IMG/VR virus record: IMGVR_UViG_3300046506_000220
Coordinates: 18,833-82,832 of that record
Strand: one strand, 5' to 3'
DNA: 64,000 nt
Source of the DNA: a virus
The notes under the pieces are model-generated. The model saw nothing but the letters and a program-made list of their open reading frames with translations. It was not told the DNA's origin and made no database searches. Position 1 is the first letter of the stretch. Each line of letters starts with the position of its first letter. Of this stretch, positions 10,101-18,711 are shown one piece after another. The translations under genes and the position numbers were made by a program.

Positions 10101-10741
10101 TCACCGATGACAAGACCACCTGGGCGCAGTCGACCTTCCCGTGGAATGACCCGATCGCCAACAAGCAGTGGTCCACACCGGGGGATATTGCCTCGATCGG
10201 CTACAGGATGGAGATCGCGACTTCATCCAGCCTGCCTTCAAACGTGCTGTACTCGTGGCGCCTGAATAACGTCCTGACGTTTGCCGGCCCTGGTGAGGAT
10301 GGCGCCGTCACGATCCAGCAGACGGTCACCTACAAGCCCAGCAAGTATGGTTCTGGCCTGTGGTGTCAGACTGCGCCGCTGCAACCGCTGCCCACGCGGG
10401 TTAACTTCAGCGTCAACATCCCGAACGTGTTCAGCACGTCGTTCTGGTTCGTTCCGGACGATCTGACCGACCACTTCCCGATCGTGAACCTGCAGGGTCG
10501 TGATGGCGTGTTCATCAAGATCGGTTATGCCGCGGCGACCCAGACGATCTATGCGCTTGACAACGCCGGCAGGAAGGTGTCGGTGCCGGCGAATATCGAG
10601 GCGGGTGAGCGCTACTTCATCGGCTTTTCGCAGAACGTTAACGAACGGATGATCTGGTTCGGCAAGGACGACGGTTCCTGGGCACGCTCGTCGATTGCGC
10701 TTCCTGGCATCGGCGCCACCATCAACTACTCGCTCTACTGA
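7142..10741 (+). CDS. Central tail fibre / host specificity protein gpJ-like with FnIII repeats
   Basis: LGEGPIRGL, WTNNNAWVLY, WCDVMVPDG..PRYTFN and FnIII-like PPSDVQNF segments. 1199 aa. Confidence 0.9.
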   Translation: MHTNRTLRGAGGGGSGSKNPTRTDDNLFSRDTVEIVLALGEGPIRGLRNGMQSFHVGGTPLMSENGSINFESFNLGVKLGHPGESPINFQLGGEASNTAVGTRLFQGTWITRQTDASLRNDIDQLQVRLQVSTLYVQNDKGSFNNTAHFHIQYRAASSPSWSEYNGSGGIAVTGKTSSGVIVEYAWNVPRINDDWVIRVLKDNPDSSTTDYCDITWESFQMVTASNRTYNRVALLHLVALATSQFSSIPDFAAEVDGLELLVPTNYNTDLHTYDEGTPWNGGFKQTWTNNNAWVLYNLIMNPDWGLAKYYPWITCNRFDFYDAGKWCDVMVPDGRGGWQPRYTFNMEIKDAQSGLDMLQYVAGTFGAVIFDDATGMVHLRVDRWEEPTLLLTPENVSPEGFSYTFTDMASRYNDLEVHFVNPDLDYQGDLRNVTDPNHIALYGHIPNSFEAIGCTSEHEALRRAYYRLITNLTETMTVTCRTARLGRIIDPYRPIYIADPTTGYSTGGRIRSIANNLIYLRDPIYFTVNQNYNLKLQARGGLWTLVVAPDMVGSAYQLRIVSGVIPPDIPDRTVFTIEDNGGFGIAKPFRPLTISPADGSPNEYDITAVEININKQAAADNCTPVGSTQYSFKNPLIPPPPTNLVAESGTAMLFLSQDGTIMARIHASWDPPGTAVIKNYLIHWKESNQSTWFETTSMSESVILAPCKTGVQYDIVVWAISSFDYRSAQLAMWNYTCLGKDEPPSDVQNFNAIKRSQDILLRWDPIADLDRAGYELRLGSNWDTAVVLVTDYAATQFAWTTTQGGSYDFLIRAIDTSHNYSRLPTRTTLRLYGPSAVTGAIAIQSGNRVDLRWNPNPEDNITDYEIREGGTWATAVFVAKVKSTTYAATAGAAGTRIFWLKAIASPGIYSDKATFVTTDIAQSDSTNILYSSDEVAKGFTGPKFNMVSYGQSLRMDDGKTRSEYFFSVNLGDVFRAQNSLFIGLNAITDDKTTWAQSTFPWNDPIANKQWSTPGDIASIGYRMEIATSSSLPSNVLYSWRLNNVLTFAGPGEDGAVTIQQTVTYKPSKYGSGLWCQTAPLQPLPTRVNFSVNIPNVFSTSFWFVPDDLTDHFPIVNLQGRDGVFIKIGYAAATQTIYALDNAGRKVSVPANIEAGERYFIGFSQNVNERMIWFGKDDGSWARSSIALPGIGATINYSLY

Positions 10742-10743
10742 AA

Positions 10744-11205
10744 ATGGCCCATACCATTTCTGACATCGCGGTGATGAATACGGTGCTCGATGATGACCTT
10801 TTCGTTGCGGCACTCAAGGGTGATGCGCCGGTCGGTTTCCAGCCGTTCCAGACGTTCTACCCTGGTGACTACCAGTACAGCGAGGCAGTCTTCCGTTTAA
10901 GCATGGAATCCACCTCAGGCGACCGCGGCGTGGTTGAGAAGCTGAGCATTACGGTGGATGTACCGGATATTTTCGACCGGGGGCTGCAACTGCTTAACGC
11001 CGGAGGCGTGGTACGGGTCTATTTCGCACGGAAGTTTCATGTCCCACCCGTCGTGGTGGTCAGCGTGGAAAGTGCGAGTGATGCCTGTGTGGCCAAGTTT
11101 GATCCGGCCACTGTCACGAAGATGTATTTCGACTGCTTTCTTGAACGCGTCACCGACAAGGTCAAGATCGCTGGCGCGCTGACCTGGGCCGCACATGCGT
11201 ACTGA
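10744..11205 (+). CDS. Tail tip accessory protein (beta-rich; H-type lectin-like C-terminus)
   Basis: Coupled to gpJ. VRVYFARKFHVPPVVVVS and LTWAAHAY. Confidence 0.6.
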   Translation: MAHTISDIAVMNTVLDDDLFVAALKGDAPVGFQPFQTFYPGDYQYSEAVFRLSMESTSGDRGVVEKLSITVDVPDIFDRGLQLLNAGGVVRVYFARKFHVPPVVVVSVESASDACVAKFDPATVTKMYFDCFLERVTDKVKIAGALTWAAHAY

Positions 11206-11215
11206 AACAAAGTCC

Positions 11216-11251
11216 TTGGGGGCGCTCATCCGCGCCATTAAAATTTCGGCA
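11216..11251 (+). promoter_or_regulatory. Putative promoter of tail fibre module 1
   Basis: TTGGGG-N17-TAAAAT. The 13-mer TAAAATTTCGGCA recurs exactly at 15206-15218. Confidence 0.5.
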
Positions 11252-11268
11252 AGCTAACGGACATCACC

Positions 11269-12771
11269 ATGCAAGGCTATACACAGATCCCCGACAGCGA
11301 GCGGGTTTCCGACTCGCTGATCCCGCTGCTCACGAATGATCAGGTGGCGATTTCGCGCAACGCGGGGTCGGCCTTCCCGACGTCCGGTCTGGTGGTGGGC
11401 ATGCCGTATCTGGCGGTCAGTGAAAACAAGCTCTACCGGCTGACCAGCCTCGCGCCGCTGACCTGGGTCGTGGAGCTGGACTACAACATCGCCTATGCGA
11501 CGGTGAATGATATTGCCGCGTCCAATGCGAACGCCAACCTGCGCATGTTGCGCAGCGGCGACCTGATGACGGGTTTTCTGACCCTGTTCAATGATCCGAC
11601 GCAGGCGCTGCACGCCGCGCCCAAGCGCTACGTCGACAACCAGATGGCCATCGCCGCGACCAGTGCGAACGCCCGCGTGGCGCGCAGCGGCGACCTGATG
11701 ACGGGCTACCTGACGTTGGTCGGGGACCCCTCCCAGCCCTATCACGCCGCGACCAAAAACTATGCTGACTACCTGTACAACGCGCTGAACAGCGCGAAGG
11801 TGGGCCGCAACAGCGACACCTTCAACGAGGTTTACAACAACGGCTGGTACCGCTCGAATGGCGCGGTCGGCTGGTACAGCCAGAGCTATGGCGGCGGCAT
11901 CTGGATGGCTGACCCCTACTATGTGAGCGTGTATGGCGGCAAGGGCTTTCGCACCGACACCCACACGCTGGAGATCGGCACGGGTGGCATCTGGACCGCG
12001 CGCTACGGCTGGCTTGAAAACCGCTTCGCCGGCAAGGGCGCGGAAGACCGGATCAACGGCACGGCGACGGTTGACGCCGGTTCGGGCGGTGTCCTTGCCC
12101 CTGCGTCTTTCTACCTTGACCGTAGCGGCTCGGCCGCGCGCCTCGTGCGCGTCTACGGCAACTGCAACTGCAACTGCGCGTGCACGTGCTTCCCGGCCGG
12201 CACGCCGATCCTGCTGGGCGATGGCAAAACGTGGATGTCCGTCGAACACATCCGCCCGGGCGACATGGTGATGACGCCGCTTGGGCCGATGCCCGTGCTC
12301 GAGGTGGAAACGCCTGTTCTCGGCGATCGCAGGATGCTCGGCTTTGCTGACGATCCGTTTGTACGCTGGACCGACGATCACGCATTCTGGACGCGCCGCG
12401 ATGGTCGCGAAGGCCTCGCCGTGGCCGATCGCGCGAGCTTCATGCGTGGCGTCGAGCTGGGCGTCGTGCGCGGCCTTCCGGATAACGATGCGGTGCTCGA
12501 GCTTGACGATGAGCGCGACGAATTCGCGCACTTTATGGGCGGCTGGGTTCGCCAGAAGGTGGTCGATTTCACCGACGGGCACGCGCCCGATACGCGCGTG
12601 TACCTGCCGATCGTGGGCGGCTGTCACCTGATCATTGCCGCCGGCTACGTGATGAGCGGCGGCGCCAACGGCTTTGACTTCGACTATCACTCGCTCGACT
12701 GGGATGCCATGCAGCGCCAGCGGTATTCCGGGAACTCACCCAGGGGGACTGCCCATGCTGCTGGTCCATAA
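11269..12771 (+). CDS. Tail fibre with Cys-rich NCNCNCACT motif fused to a C-terminal Hint (intein/Hedgehog-like) domain
   Basis: Two SGDLMTG..HAA.K.Y fibre repeats and a GWYSQSYGGGIWM segment. Hint block A CFPAGT starts at Cys307, block B is TDDH, and the C-terminal block is VYLPIVGGCH..AAGYVMSG. Confidence 0.85.
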   Translation: MQGYTQIPDSERVSDSLIPLLTNDQVAISRNAGSAFPTSGLVVGMPYLAVSENKLYRLTSLAPLTWVVELDYNIAYATVNDIAASNANANLRMLRSGDLMTGFLTLFNDPTQALHAAPKRYVDNQMAIAATSANARVARSGDLMTGYLTLVGDPSQPYHAATKNYADYLYNALNSAKVGRNSDTFNEVYNNGWYRSNGAVGWYSQSYGGGIWMADPYYVSVYGGKGFRTDTHTLEIGTGGIWTARYGWLENRFAGKGAEDRINGTATVDAGSGGVLAPASFYLDRSGSAARLVRVYGNCNCNCACTCFPAGTPILLGDGKTWMSVEHIRPGDMVMTPLGPMPVLEVETPVLGDRRMLGFADDPFVRWTDDHAFWTRRDGREGLAVADRASFMRGVELGVVRGLPDNDAVLELDDERDEFAHFMGGWVRQKVVDFTDGHAPDTRVYLPIVGGCHLIIAAGYVMSGGANGFDFDYHSLDWDAMQRQRYSGNSPRGTAHAAGP

Positions 12772-13486
12772 ATCCCTCATTGCCACCGAGCTGACGGTTG
12801 AAGAGGCACAGCAGGTTACCGACATCGTCAACGTGCTGCCGACGGACACCGGCTTCGTGATGCAGTGCCCGTCGCTGAGCCTCTACTGGCAGTTCAACCT
12901 GGAGCTGGTCGAGCACGGTAACGACATCCTGTACCTGAACCGTACGCGCGCGGGCCAGTGGACGGTCATGTGGGCGACCGACCTGCACGAGTCGAAAGAC
13001 AGCTGGTCATCGGTGATGCTGCGCAAGAACCTGGATGAGTTCCGCCCGCTGGTAATGATCGGCATCAGCCCCGACAGGAAGGACTACACCGCGATCTTCT
13101 TCTGTAACACCCGTGAGCCGAACAATCCGCAGCCGCTGGTTGATGACACCACCGAGACGGGTGACATGTCGATGAAGCGCCTGATGCCCGGCATCGAGCC
13201 GCTGCTGCAACGTCACTGGGCGAAGCACAAGCTCCTGAAGGGTGTGAAGACCAATGACTCGCTGGCCGCGCTCGAAGCGCAGGTGGACCTGCTGACGTTC
13301 TGGCTGCTCGAGTACCTGCCCGAGGACAAGCGCCAGAAACTCCTTGACGCAGGGGTGCTGAAACTCAAGGATGAAGAGACACTTTTCGATGACGTGATCG
13401 CCTACAAGACCCGCCTGCGTGAACGGCAGGCGCTCTACCTTGCGACGCTGAGCCAGTATGACAACCTTCGTCCTGAAAACGGTTGA
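12755..13486 (+). CDS. Hypothetical protein within the fibre/radical SAM module
   Basis: ATG at 12755 after the RBS AGGGGG. Overlaps both neighbouring genes. Helical C-terminus. Confidence 0.7.
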   Translation: MLLVHKSLIATELTVEEAQQVTDIVNVLPTDTGFVMQCPSLSLYWQFNLELVEHGNDILYLNRTRAGQWTVMWATDLHESKDSWSSVMLRKNLDEFRPLVMIGISPDRKDYTAIFFCNTREPNNPQPLVDDTTETGDMSMKRLMPGIEPLLQRHWAKHKLLKGVKTNDSLAALEAQVDLLTFWLLEYLPEDKRQKLLDAGVLKLKDEETLFDDVIAYKTRLRERQALYLATLSQYDNLRPENG

Positions 13487-14822
13487 CGCGACGGGTACCG
13501 GGCGCGACTTCTTCTACAACAACATGCGCAGCACGCTGGTGGATGCCGTCACCGGCCGCAGCGTCGTGCCGCTCACCGAGGCGCCTGAGCGCGCGCCGTT
13601 CCAGCATCCAGGCCGCAAGGACCACACGATCCGCACGCTCAAGATCCAGCTCGGTCTCTCGTGCAACTACAGCTGCGAGTATTGCAGCCAGCGCTTCGTG
13701 CCGCATGCGCAGCCGACCGGCCCCTACTCGGTTGACCAGTTCATCTCGCGCCTGTCGTGGAACGCGTCGCTCGCGGACGATGCGACGATCGAGTTCTGGG
13801 GGGGCGAGCCGCTCGTCTACTGGAAGACGCTGGTGCCACTGGTTGAGCAGCTGCGCATCCGCTATCCGGCGCTGACCCTGAAGATGATCACCAACGGCTC
13901 GCTGCTCGACCCGATGAAAGCAGGCTGGCTGATCTCGCAGGGTTTTCACATCGGCCTCTCGCATGATGGTCCTGGGCAGGTCGCGCGTGGTCCGGATCCG
14001 CTCGACGAACCCGCCACGCGCGAGGCGATCCTGATGTTGTACCGGCGACTGGCGCCACTTGGGCGCATGTCGTTCAACACGATGCTGCACAGGGACAATC
14101 GGTCGCGAAAAGCGGTACAGGCGTTTTTCGTCGAGCTGACGGGCGATGAGCATGTGTCCATTGGCGAGGGCATGTTCGTCGATGCGTACGATGAGGGCGG
14201 CAAGGGCATGTCGATGCCGGATCCGCATGACCACATCGATTACCGCCGCCAGGCGTTCGAGGAGCTGCGCACCGGCCAGGCGCTGAACTTCATGAATGTC
14301 ACGCAGAAGATCCAGGATTTCGCCCAGTCGGTTGCGACCGGCCGGCCGGCCTCGACGGTCGGCCAGAAATGCGGATCCGATCGCGCCGACAGCCTGACGG
14401 TGACGCTCGAAGGCGATGTGCTGACCTGCCAGAATGTCTCGGCCGTGGCGGTGGCACCGAACGGCACGCCACATCGTGCGGGGTCGCTCGATGATCTGCA
14501 GTCGGTGCAGCTCACCTCGTCGCGTCACTGGTCGACGCGTTCGCACTGTTCGGGCTGTCCGGTTCTGCAGCTGTGCAAGGGCAGCTGCATGTTCCTCGAG
14601 GGGGACCTGTGGAACGTCACCTGTGACAGCGCGTATAGCGATAACGTGGTGTTCCTCGCAACCGCCCTGCTCGAGCTGACAGGCTGCACCCTGAAGCGCA
14701 TCGAGCCGATGACGGGCAGTCTGCCTGAGCCCCGCCAGAACGTCTTTGGGCCGCTCGCCACGCCGCGGGCCGCACCCGCACCCCGCAAGATCATCTGGAT
14801 CAGAACGGAGACACCATCTTGA
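13458..14822 (+). CDS. Radical SAM/SPASM-domain protein (anSME/peptide maturase-like)
   Basis: CNYSCEYC (CX3CX2C), FWGGEPL, ITNG and SHDG. SPASM Cys in KCG..LTCQN and CSGCPVLQLCKGSC (CX2CX5CX3C)..C. Confidence 0.93.
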   Translation: MTTFVLKTVDATGTGRDFFYNNMRSTLVDAVTGRSVVPLTEAPERAPFQHPGRKDHTIRTLKIQLGLSCNYSCEYCSQRFVPHAQPTGPYSVDQFISRLSWNASLADDATIEFWGGEPLVYWKTLVPLVEQLRIRYPALTLKMITNGSLLDPMKAGWLISQGFHIGLSHDGPGQVARGPDPLDEPATREAILMLYRRLAPLGRMSFNTMLHRDNRSRKAVQAFFVELTGDEHVSIGEGMFVDAYDEGGKGMSMPDPHDHIDYRRQAFEELRTGQALNFMNVTQKIQDFAQSVATGRPASTVGQKCGSDRADSLTVTLEGDVLTCQNVSAVAVAPNGTPHRAGSLDDLQSVQLTSSRHWSTRSHCSGCPVLQLCKGSCMFLEGDLWNVTCDSAYSDNVVFLATALLELTGCTLKRIEPMTGSLPEPRQNVFGPLATPRAAPAPRKIIWIRTETPS

Positions 14823-15124
14823 ACGACGATCAGGCACAGCAACAGCAACTCGACCCGCAAGGTGTGCAGTTCACCATCCGGGCGCTGCAGGACCAGCGTA
14901 ATGAGCAGGCTGATCGCGCAGCTCAGGCCACGGCTGTGGTCCAGCAACTGCAGGCCCGGATCGAGCAGCATGTGAAGCGCGATGCTCAACTGCAATCGCA
15001 GCTCGATGACATGAAAAACCAGCTTGAACTGACGAAGTCGGCACTGGCTGATGTGCAGACACGCGCGACGGGCATGGGCGTGGTGAATGTTGCGATAAAG
15101 AGCGCGACCGGGGCGAATGGTTAG
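14819..15124 (+). CDS. Small coiled-coil protein
   Basis: 4 bp overlap with the rSAM stop. Gln-rich heptads. Confidence 0.6.
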   Translation: MNDDQAQQQQLDPQGVQFTIRALQDQRNEQADRAAQATAVVQQLQARIEQHVKRDAQLQSQLDDMKNQLELTKSALADVQTRATGMGVVNVAIKSATGANG

Positions 15125-15181
15125 TTCTGGTTAGAAAGGATACCGAAACGTATCATTTCGTTGGCGGTGCGAATAAACTCT

Positions 15182-15218
15182 TTGGCCAAGCCCTGCCCCT
15201 CCCCGTAAAATTTCGGCA
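15182..15218 (+). promoter_or_regulatory. Putative promoter of tail fibre module 2
   Basis: TTGGCC-N18-TAAAATTTCGGCA, the same 13-mer as at 11239. Confidence 0.5.
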
Positions 15219-15243
15219 CTCACCCACCACTGAGTGCTGATTC

Positions 15244-18200
15244 ATGGCCAACAGCGGCGCCCCCACCAACGCGGATGGTGCAACGGTCACGACCGTGCTG
15301 GCGCCCGTTGCCTCGACGACACCGCATGCGCCGATCGCGATGCTGTATGGTCTCGGCCCACCGATCAGCAGCATCGGGGTCGAGGGCGCGTTCTACCGGG
15401 ACATGAACAACGATGACATGTACGGTCCCAAGGCGGGCGGTGTGTGGCCTGACGCGTACAGCATCCGTGGCTGGAAAGGTGACCAGGGTGTGCAGGGTGA
15501 GGTTGGGACGCTCAACCCGGACGACCAGGCCTACATCGACGCGGCGAAGACCGCTACGGATGCCAACCGCACCGCTGCTGCTGCCAGTCAGGCTGCTGCC
15601 GCGACCAGCGCAACCAGTGCGGGGACGTCAGCCACCAATGCGCATACGAGCGAAACGAACGCAGCTGCAAGTCAGGCCGCCGCCGTAACAAGCCAGGCCG
15701 CCGCCGACGCATCGAAGACGGCCGCGGCCGGCAGCGCGACGCAGGCCGACACCTCGAAAAATGCTGCGGCGACGAGTGCCGGCGCGGCGAGCACCTCGGC
15801 GACCGCTGCGGACCAGTCGAAGCAGGCCGCCGCGACGAGTGCTACCGCCGCAGCCGGCAGCGCTACCGCCGCTGATACGTCGAAGACGGCAGCGGACGCC
15901 AGCAAGACTGCTGCGGCCGGCAGTGCGACGGCAGCAGGCAACAGCGCGACGGCCGCCGCCCTTTCCGCAACCAGCATCGGTAACTCGGAAACGAATGCCC
16001 TCGCCTCGAAGAACGCGGCGGCTGCGAGCGCCAGCGCCGCCGACGTATCGAAGACGGCCGCTGCCGGCAGTGCCACCGCAGCCGCTACGAGTGCGACGGG
16101 CGCGGCCAGCTCGAAGACGGGCGCTGACAACAGTGCCACGGCAGCGGCTGGTAGCGCGACGGCAGCGGATGCCAGCAAGACTGCTGCTGCCGGCAGTGCG
16201 ACGGCAGCGGATGCCAGCAAGAGCGCTGCTGCGGGTTCCGCCAGTGCCGCAGCCGGCAGCGCCACAGCAGCGGACGCCAGCAAGAGCGCTGCCGCTCTTT
16301 CCGCCAGCAGCATCGGTAGCTCGGAAACGAACGCCCTGGCTTCGGCCAATGCAGCGGCGGCGAGTGCGAGCGCCGCCGACGTATCGAAGACGGATGCTGC
16401 CACGAGCGCGACGGAGGCTGGGTCGAGTGCGACGGCAGCAGCCACGAGCGCGACGGAGGCTGATGACAGCGCTGCTGCAGCAGCCGGTAGTGCAACGGCA
16501 GCGGATACCAGCAAGACGGCTGCCGATGCATCGAAGACAGCTGCTGCCGGTAGTGCAACGGCCGCTGCCGGCAGTGCGACGGCAGCAGGCAACAGCGCCG
16601 CCGCCGCGAGCGCCAGTGCCGCCAGCATCGGTAGCTCGGAAACCAATGCCCTGGCCTCGGCGGATGCAGCGGCAGCCAGTGCCAGCGCCGCCGACGTATC
16701 GAAGACGGCCGCTGCCGACAGTGCAACGGCCGCTGCCGGCAGTGCCGCCGCAGCCGCGACGAGTGCGACGGCGGCAGCCACCTCGAAGACGGGGGCTGAC
16801 AACAGCGCTGCTGCAGCGGATGCCAGCAAGACGGCTGCGGCAGGTTCCGCCAGTGCCGCAGCCGGCAGTGCGACAGCAGCAGGCGACAGCGCGACGGCGG
16901 CAGGCGACAGCGCGACGGCGGCAGGCGACAGCGCGACGGCCGCTGCCCTGTCGGCCACCAGCCTCGGTAACTCGGAAACGAACGCCCTGGCTTCGGCCAA
17001 TGCAGCGGCTGCGAGCGCGACGGACGCAGCCGGCAGCGCGACGCAGGCCGATACATCGAAGCAGGCGGCGGCGACGAGCGCAGGTGCTGCGAGCAGCTCA
17101 GCCACGGCAGCGGACCAGTCGAAGCAGGCGGCAGCGACGAGCGCCACGGCCGCCGCCGCGAGTGCCACCGCTGCTGACACCTCGAAGAACGCCGCAGCCG
17201 GCAGCGCGACAGCGGCAGGTAATAGCGCGACAGCGGCAGGCGATAGCGCCACGGCGGCAGGCAACAGCGCCGCCAGCATCGGCAACTCGGAGACGAACGC
17301 ACTGGCCTCGGCTAATGCTGCGGCGGCCAGCGCGACGCAGGCCGATACATCGAAGCAGGTGGCGGCGACGAGCGCGAGCGCAGCCGCGACGAGTGCGACG
17401 GCGGCAGCCACCTCGAAGACGGGGGCTGATAACAGTGCCACGGCAGCAGCTGGCAGCGCCACGGCAGCGGATGCGTCGAAGACGGCTGCTGCTGGTAGTG
17501 CCACGGCAGCAGGTAACAGCGCCACAGCAGCGGACGCCAGCAAGACTGCTGCGGCCAGCAGCGCCACGGCAGCGGCCACCTCCGTCGCCAGCATCGGTAA
17601 CTCGGAAACGAATGCCCTGGCCTCGGCCAATGCCGCTGCGGCGAGCGCTGCTGCCGCCGATACATCGAAGAATGCTGCGGCGACGAGTGCAGGTGCAGCC
17701 GCAACTAGTGCGACGGGCGCGGCCACCTCGAAGACGGGGGCGGACAACAGCGCCACGGCAGCGGATGCCAGCAAGACTGCAGCGGCTGGTAGCGCCAGTG
17801 CTGCTGACACCTCGAAGACCGCTGCTGCCGGCAGCGCGACGGCAGCGGCCGGTAGCGCCACGGCGGCGGACACCAGCAGGACAGCTGCCGCAGGTTCTGC
17901 TACTGCAGCAGCTGACAGCGCCACGGCGGCAGGCAACAGCGCGACCGCGGCGGCTAACAGCGCATCGGGTGCAGCAACCAGCGCGAACAATGCCTCAGCA
18001 ACGTTAGCGAACGCCCTGACGAAGGCTAATAACCTGTCCGATGTGGCTGATGCTGCCACCGCGCGCTCGAACCTCGGGCTGGGCACGGCAGCTACGCACC
18101 CCGTCGGGGACCTGCTCCAGACGGCGAACAACCTGTCCGACGTGACCCCCGCCACCGCGCGCTCGAACCTCGGGCTGGGCACGGTTGCCACGCACCCCGT

Positions 18201-18711
18201 CGGGGACCTGCTCCAGACGGCGAACAACCTGTCGGACCTCCAGAGTGCATCGACCGCGCGCTCGAACCTCGGGCTGGGCACGGCAGCTACGCACCCGCTC
18301 ACGGACTTCGTCCAGCCGACGAACAACCTGTCGGACGTGCAGAACGCGGGGACCGCGCGAGCCAACATCGGGGCCAATGTGTACGACATTGCGCTGTCGA
18401 TTGAAGGCAAGACAACCAACGCAGAGCTGGTGTTCAACTTTGTGGTGGGGCGTGCCTTCACCTGGCCCGCGAACCTTACCGGCTCCGCGGCGAAAGCGTC
18501 CGTTGCAGCAACCGCTTCAGCGACCTTCTCGATCACGCAGAACGGTGGCGCGATTGGCTCTTTCAACTTTGCAGCCAGTGCCACGGTTGCCACGTTCACT
18601 TTCGCTTCTCCCGTGACCTTTGCCGCAGGCGACCTGATCCAGATTACGGCTCCGGCGACCGCTGATACCACCCTCGCGAATATCGGCGTGACCTTTGCAG
18701 GAACACGGTGA
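15244..18711 (+). CDS. Side tail fibre (Stf-like), Ala/Ser/Thr repeat shaft
   Basis: About 800 aa of SETNALAS / SKTAAAGSATAA repeats, then NNLSD..ARSNLGLG repeats and a beta-rich tip. Confidence 0.88.
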   Translation: MANSGAPTNADGATVTTVLAPVASTTPHAPIAMLYGLGPPISSIGVEGAFYRDMNNDDMYGPKAGGVWPDAYSIRGWKGDQGVQGEVGTLNPDDQAYIDAAKTATDANRTAAAASQAAAATSATSAGTSATNAHTSETNAAASQAAAVTSQAAADASKTAAAGSATQADTSKNAAATSAGAASTSATAADQSKQAAATSATAAAGSATAADTSKTAADASKTAAAGSATAAGNSATAAALSATSIGNSETNALASKNAAAASASAADVSKTAAAGSATAAATSATGAASSKTGADNSATAAAGSATAADASKTAAAGSATAADASKSAAAGSASAAAGSATAADASKSAAALSASSIGSSETNALASANAAAASASAADVSKTDAATSATEAGSSATAAATSATEADDSAAAAAGSATAADTSKTAADASKTAAAGSATAAAGSATAAGNSAAAASASAASIGSSETNALASADAAAASASAADVSKTAAADSATAAAGSAAAAATSATAAATSKTGADNSAAAADASKTAAAGSASAAAGSATAAGDSATAAGDSATAAGDSATAAALSATSLGNSETNALASANAAAASATDAAGSATQADTSKQAAATSAGAASSSATAADQSKQAAATSATAAAASATAADTSKNAAAGSATAAGNSATAAGDSATAAGNSAASIGNSETNALASANAAAASATQADTSKQVAATSASAAATSATAAATSKTGADNSATAAAGSATAADASKTAAAGSATAAGNSATAADASKTAAASSATAAATSVASIGNSETNALASANAAAASAAAADTSKNAAATSAGAAATSATGAATSKTGADNSATAADASKTAAAGSASAADTSKTAAAGSATAAAGSATAADTSRTAAAGSATAAADSATAAGNSATAAANSASGAATSANNASATLANALTKANNLSDVADAATARSNLGLGTAATHPVGDLLQTANNLSDVTPATARSNLGLGTVATHPVGDLLQTANNLSDLQSASTARSNLGLGTAATHPLTDFVQPTNNLSDVQNAGTARANIGANVYDIALSIEGKTTNAELVFNFVVGRAFTWPANLTGSAAKASVAATASATFSITQNGGAIGSFNFAASATVATFTFASPVTFAAGDLIQITAPATADTTLANIGVTFAGTR
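18029..18375 (+). repeat. Tandem coding repeats of about 96-99 bp (NNLSDV..TARSNLGLGT..THP) in the fibre
   Basis: ACCGCGCGCTCGAACCTCGGGCTGGGCACGG occurs three times, plus a degenerate fourth unit. Confidence 0.9.

Noticed and set aside
11269-12771. Hint domain as a selfish splicing intein
   Set aside because: No terminal His-Asn plus nucleophile, no homing endonuclease, and no substantial C-extein.
13458-14822. rSAM as a QueE (7-deazaguanine DNA modification) or NrdG activase
   Set aside because: At 454 aa with a SPASM domain it does not fit, and there are no folE/queCD/dpdA or nrdD neighbours. It is embedded in tail genes.
18029-18375. Near-identical repeats in a fibre gene suggesting a DGR template/variable repeat or a shufflon
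   Set aside because: They are in-frame tandem structural repeats with no adenine-specific variation, and there is no reverse transcriptase or invertase in the window.
15672-18671. Long alternative-frame ORFs (999, 748 and 405 aa) over the side fibre
   Set aside because: Shadows of a GC-rich Ala/Ser/Thr repeat gene.
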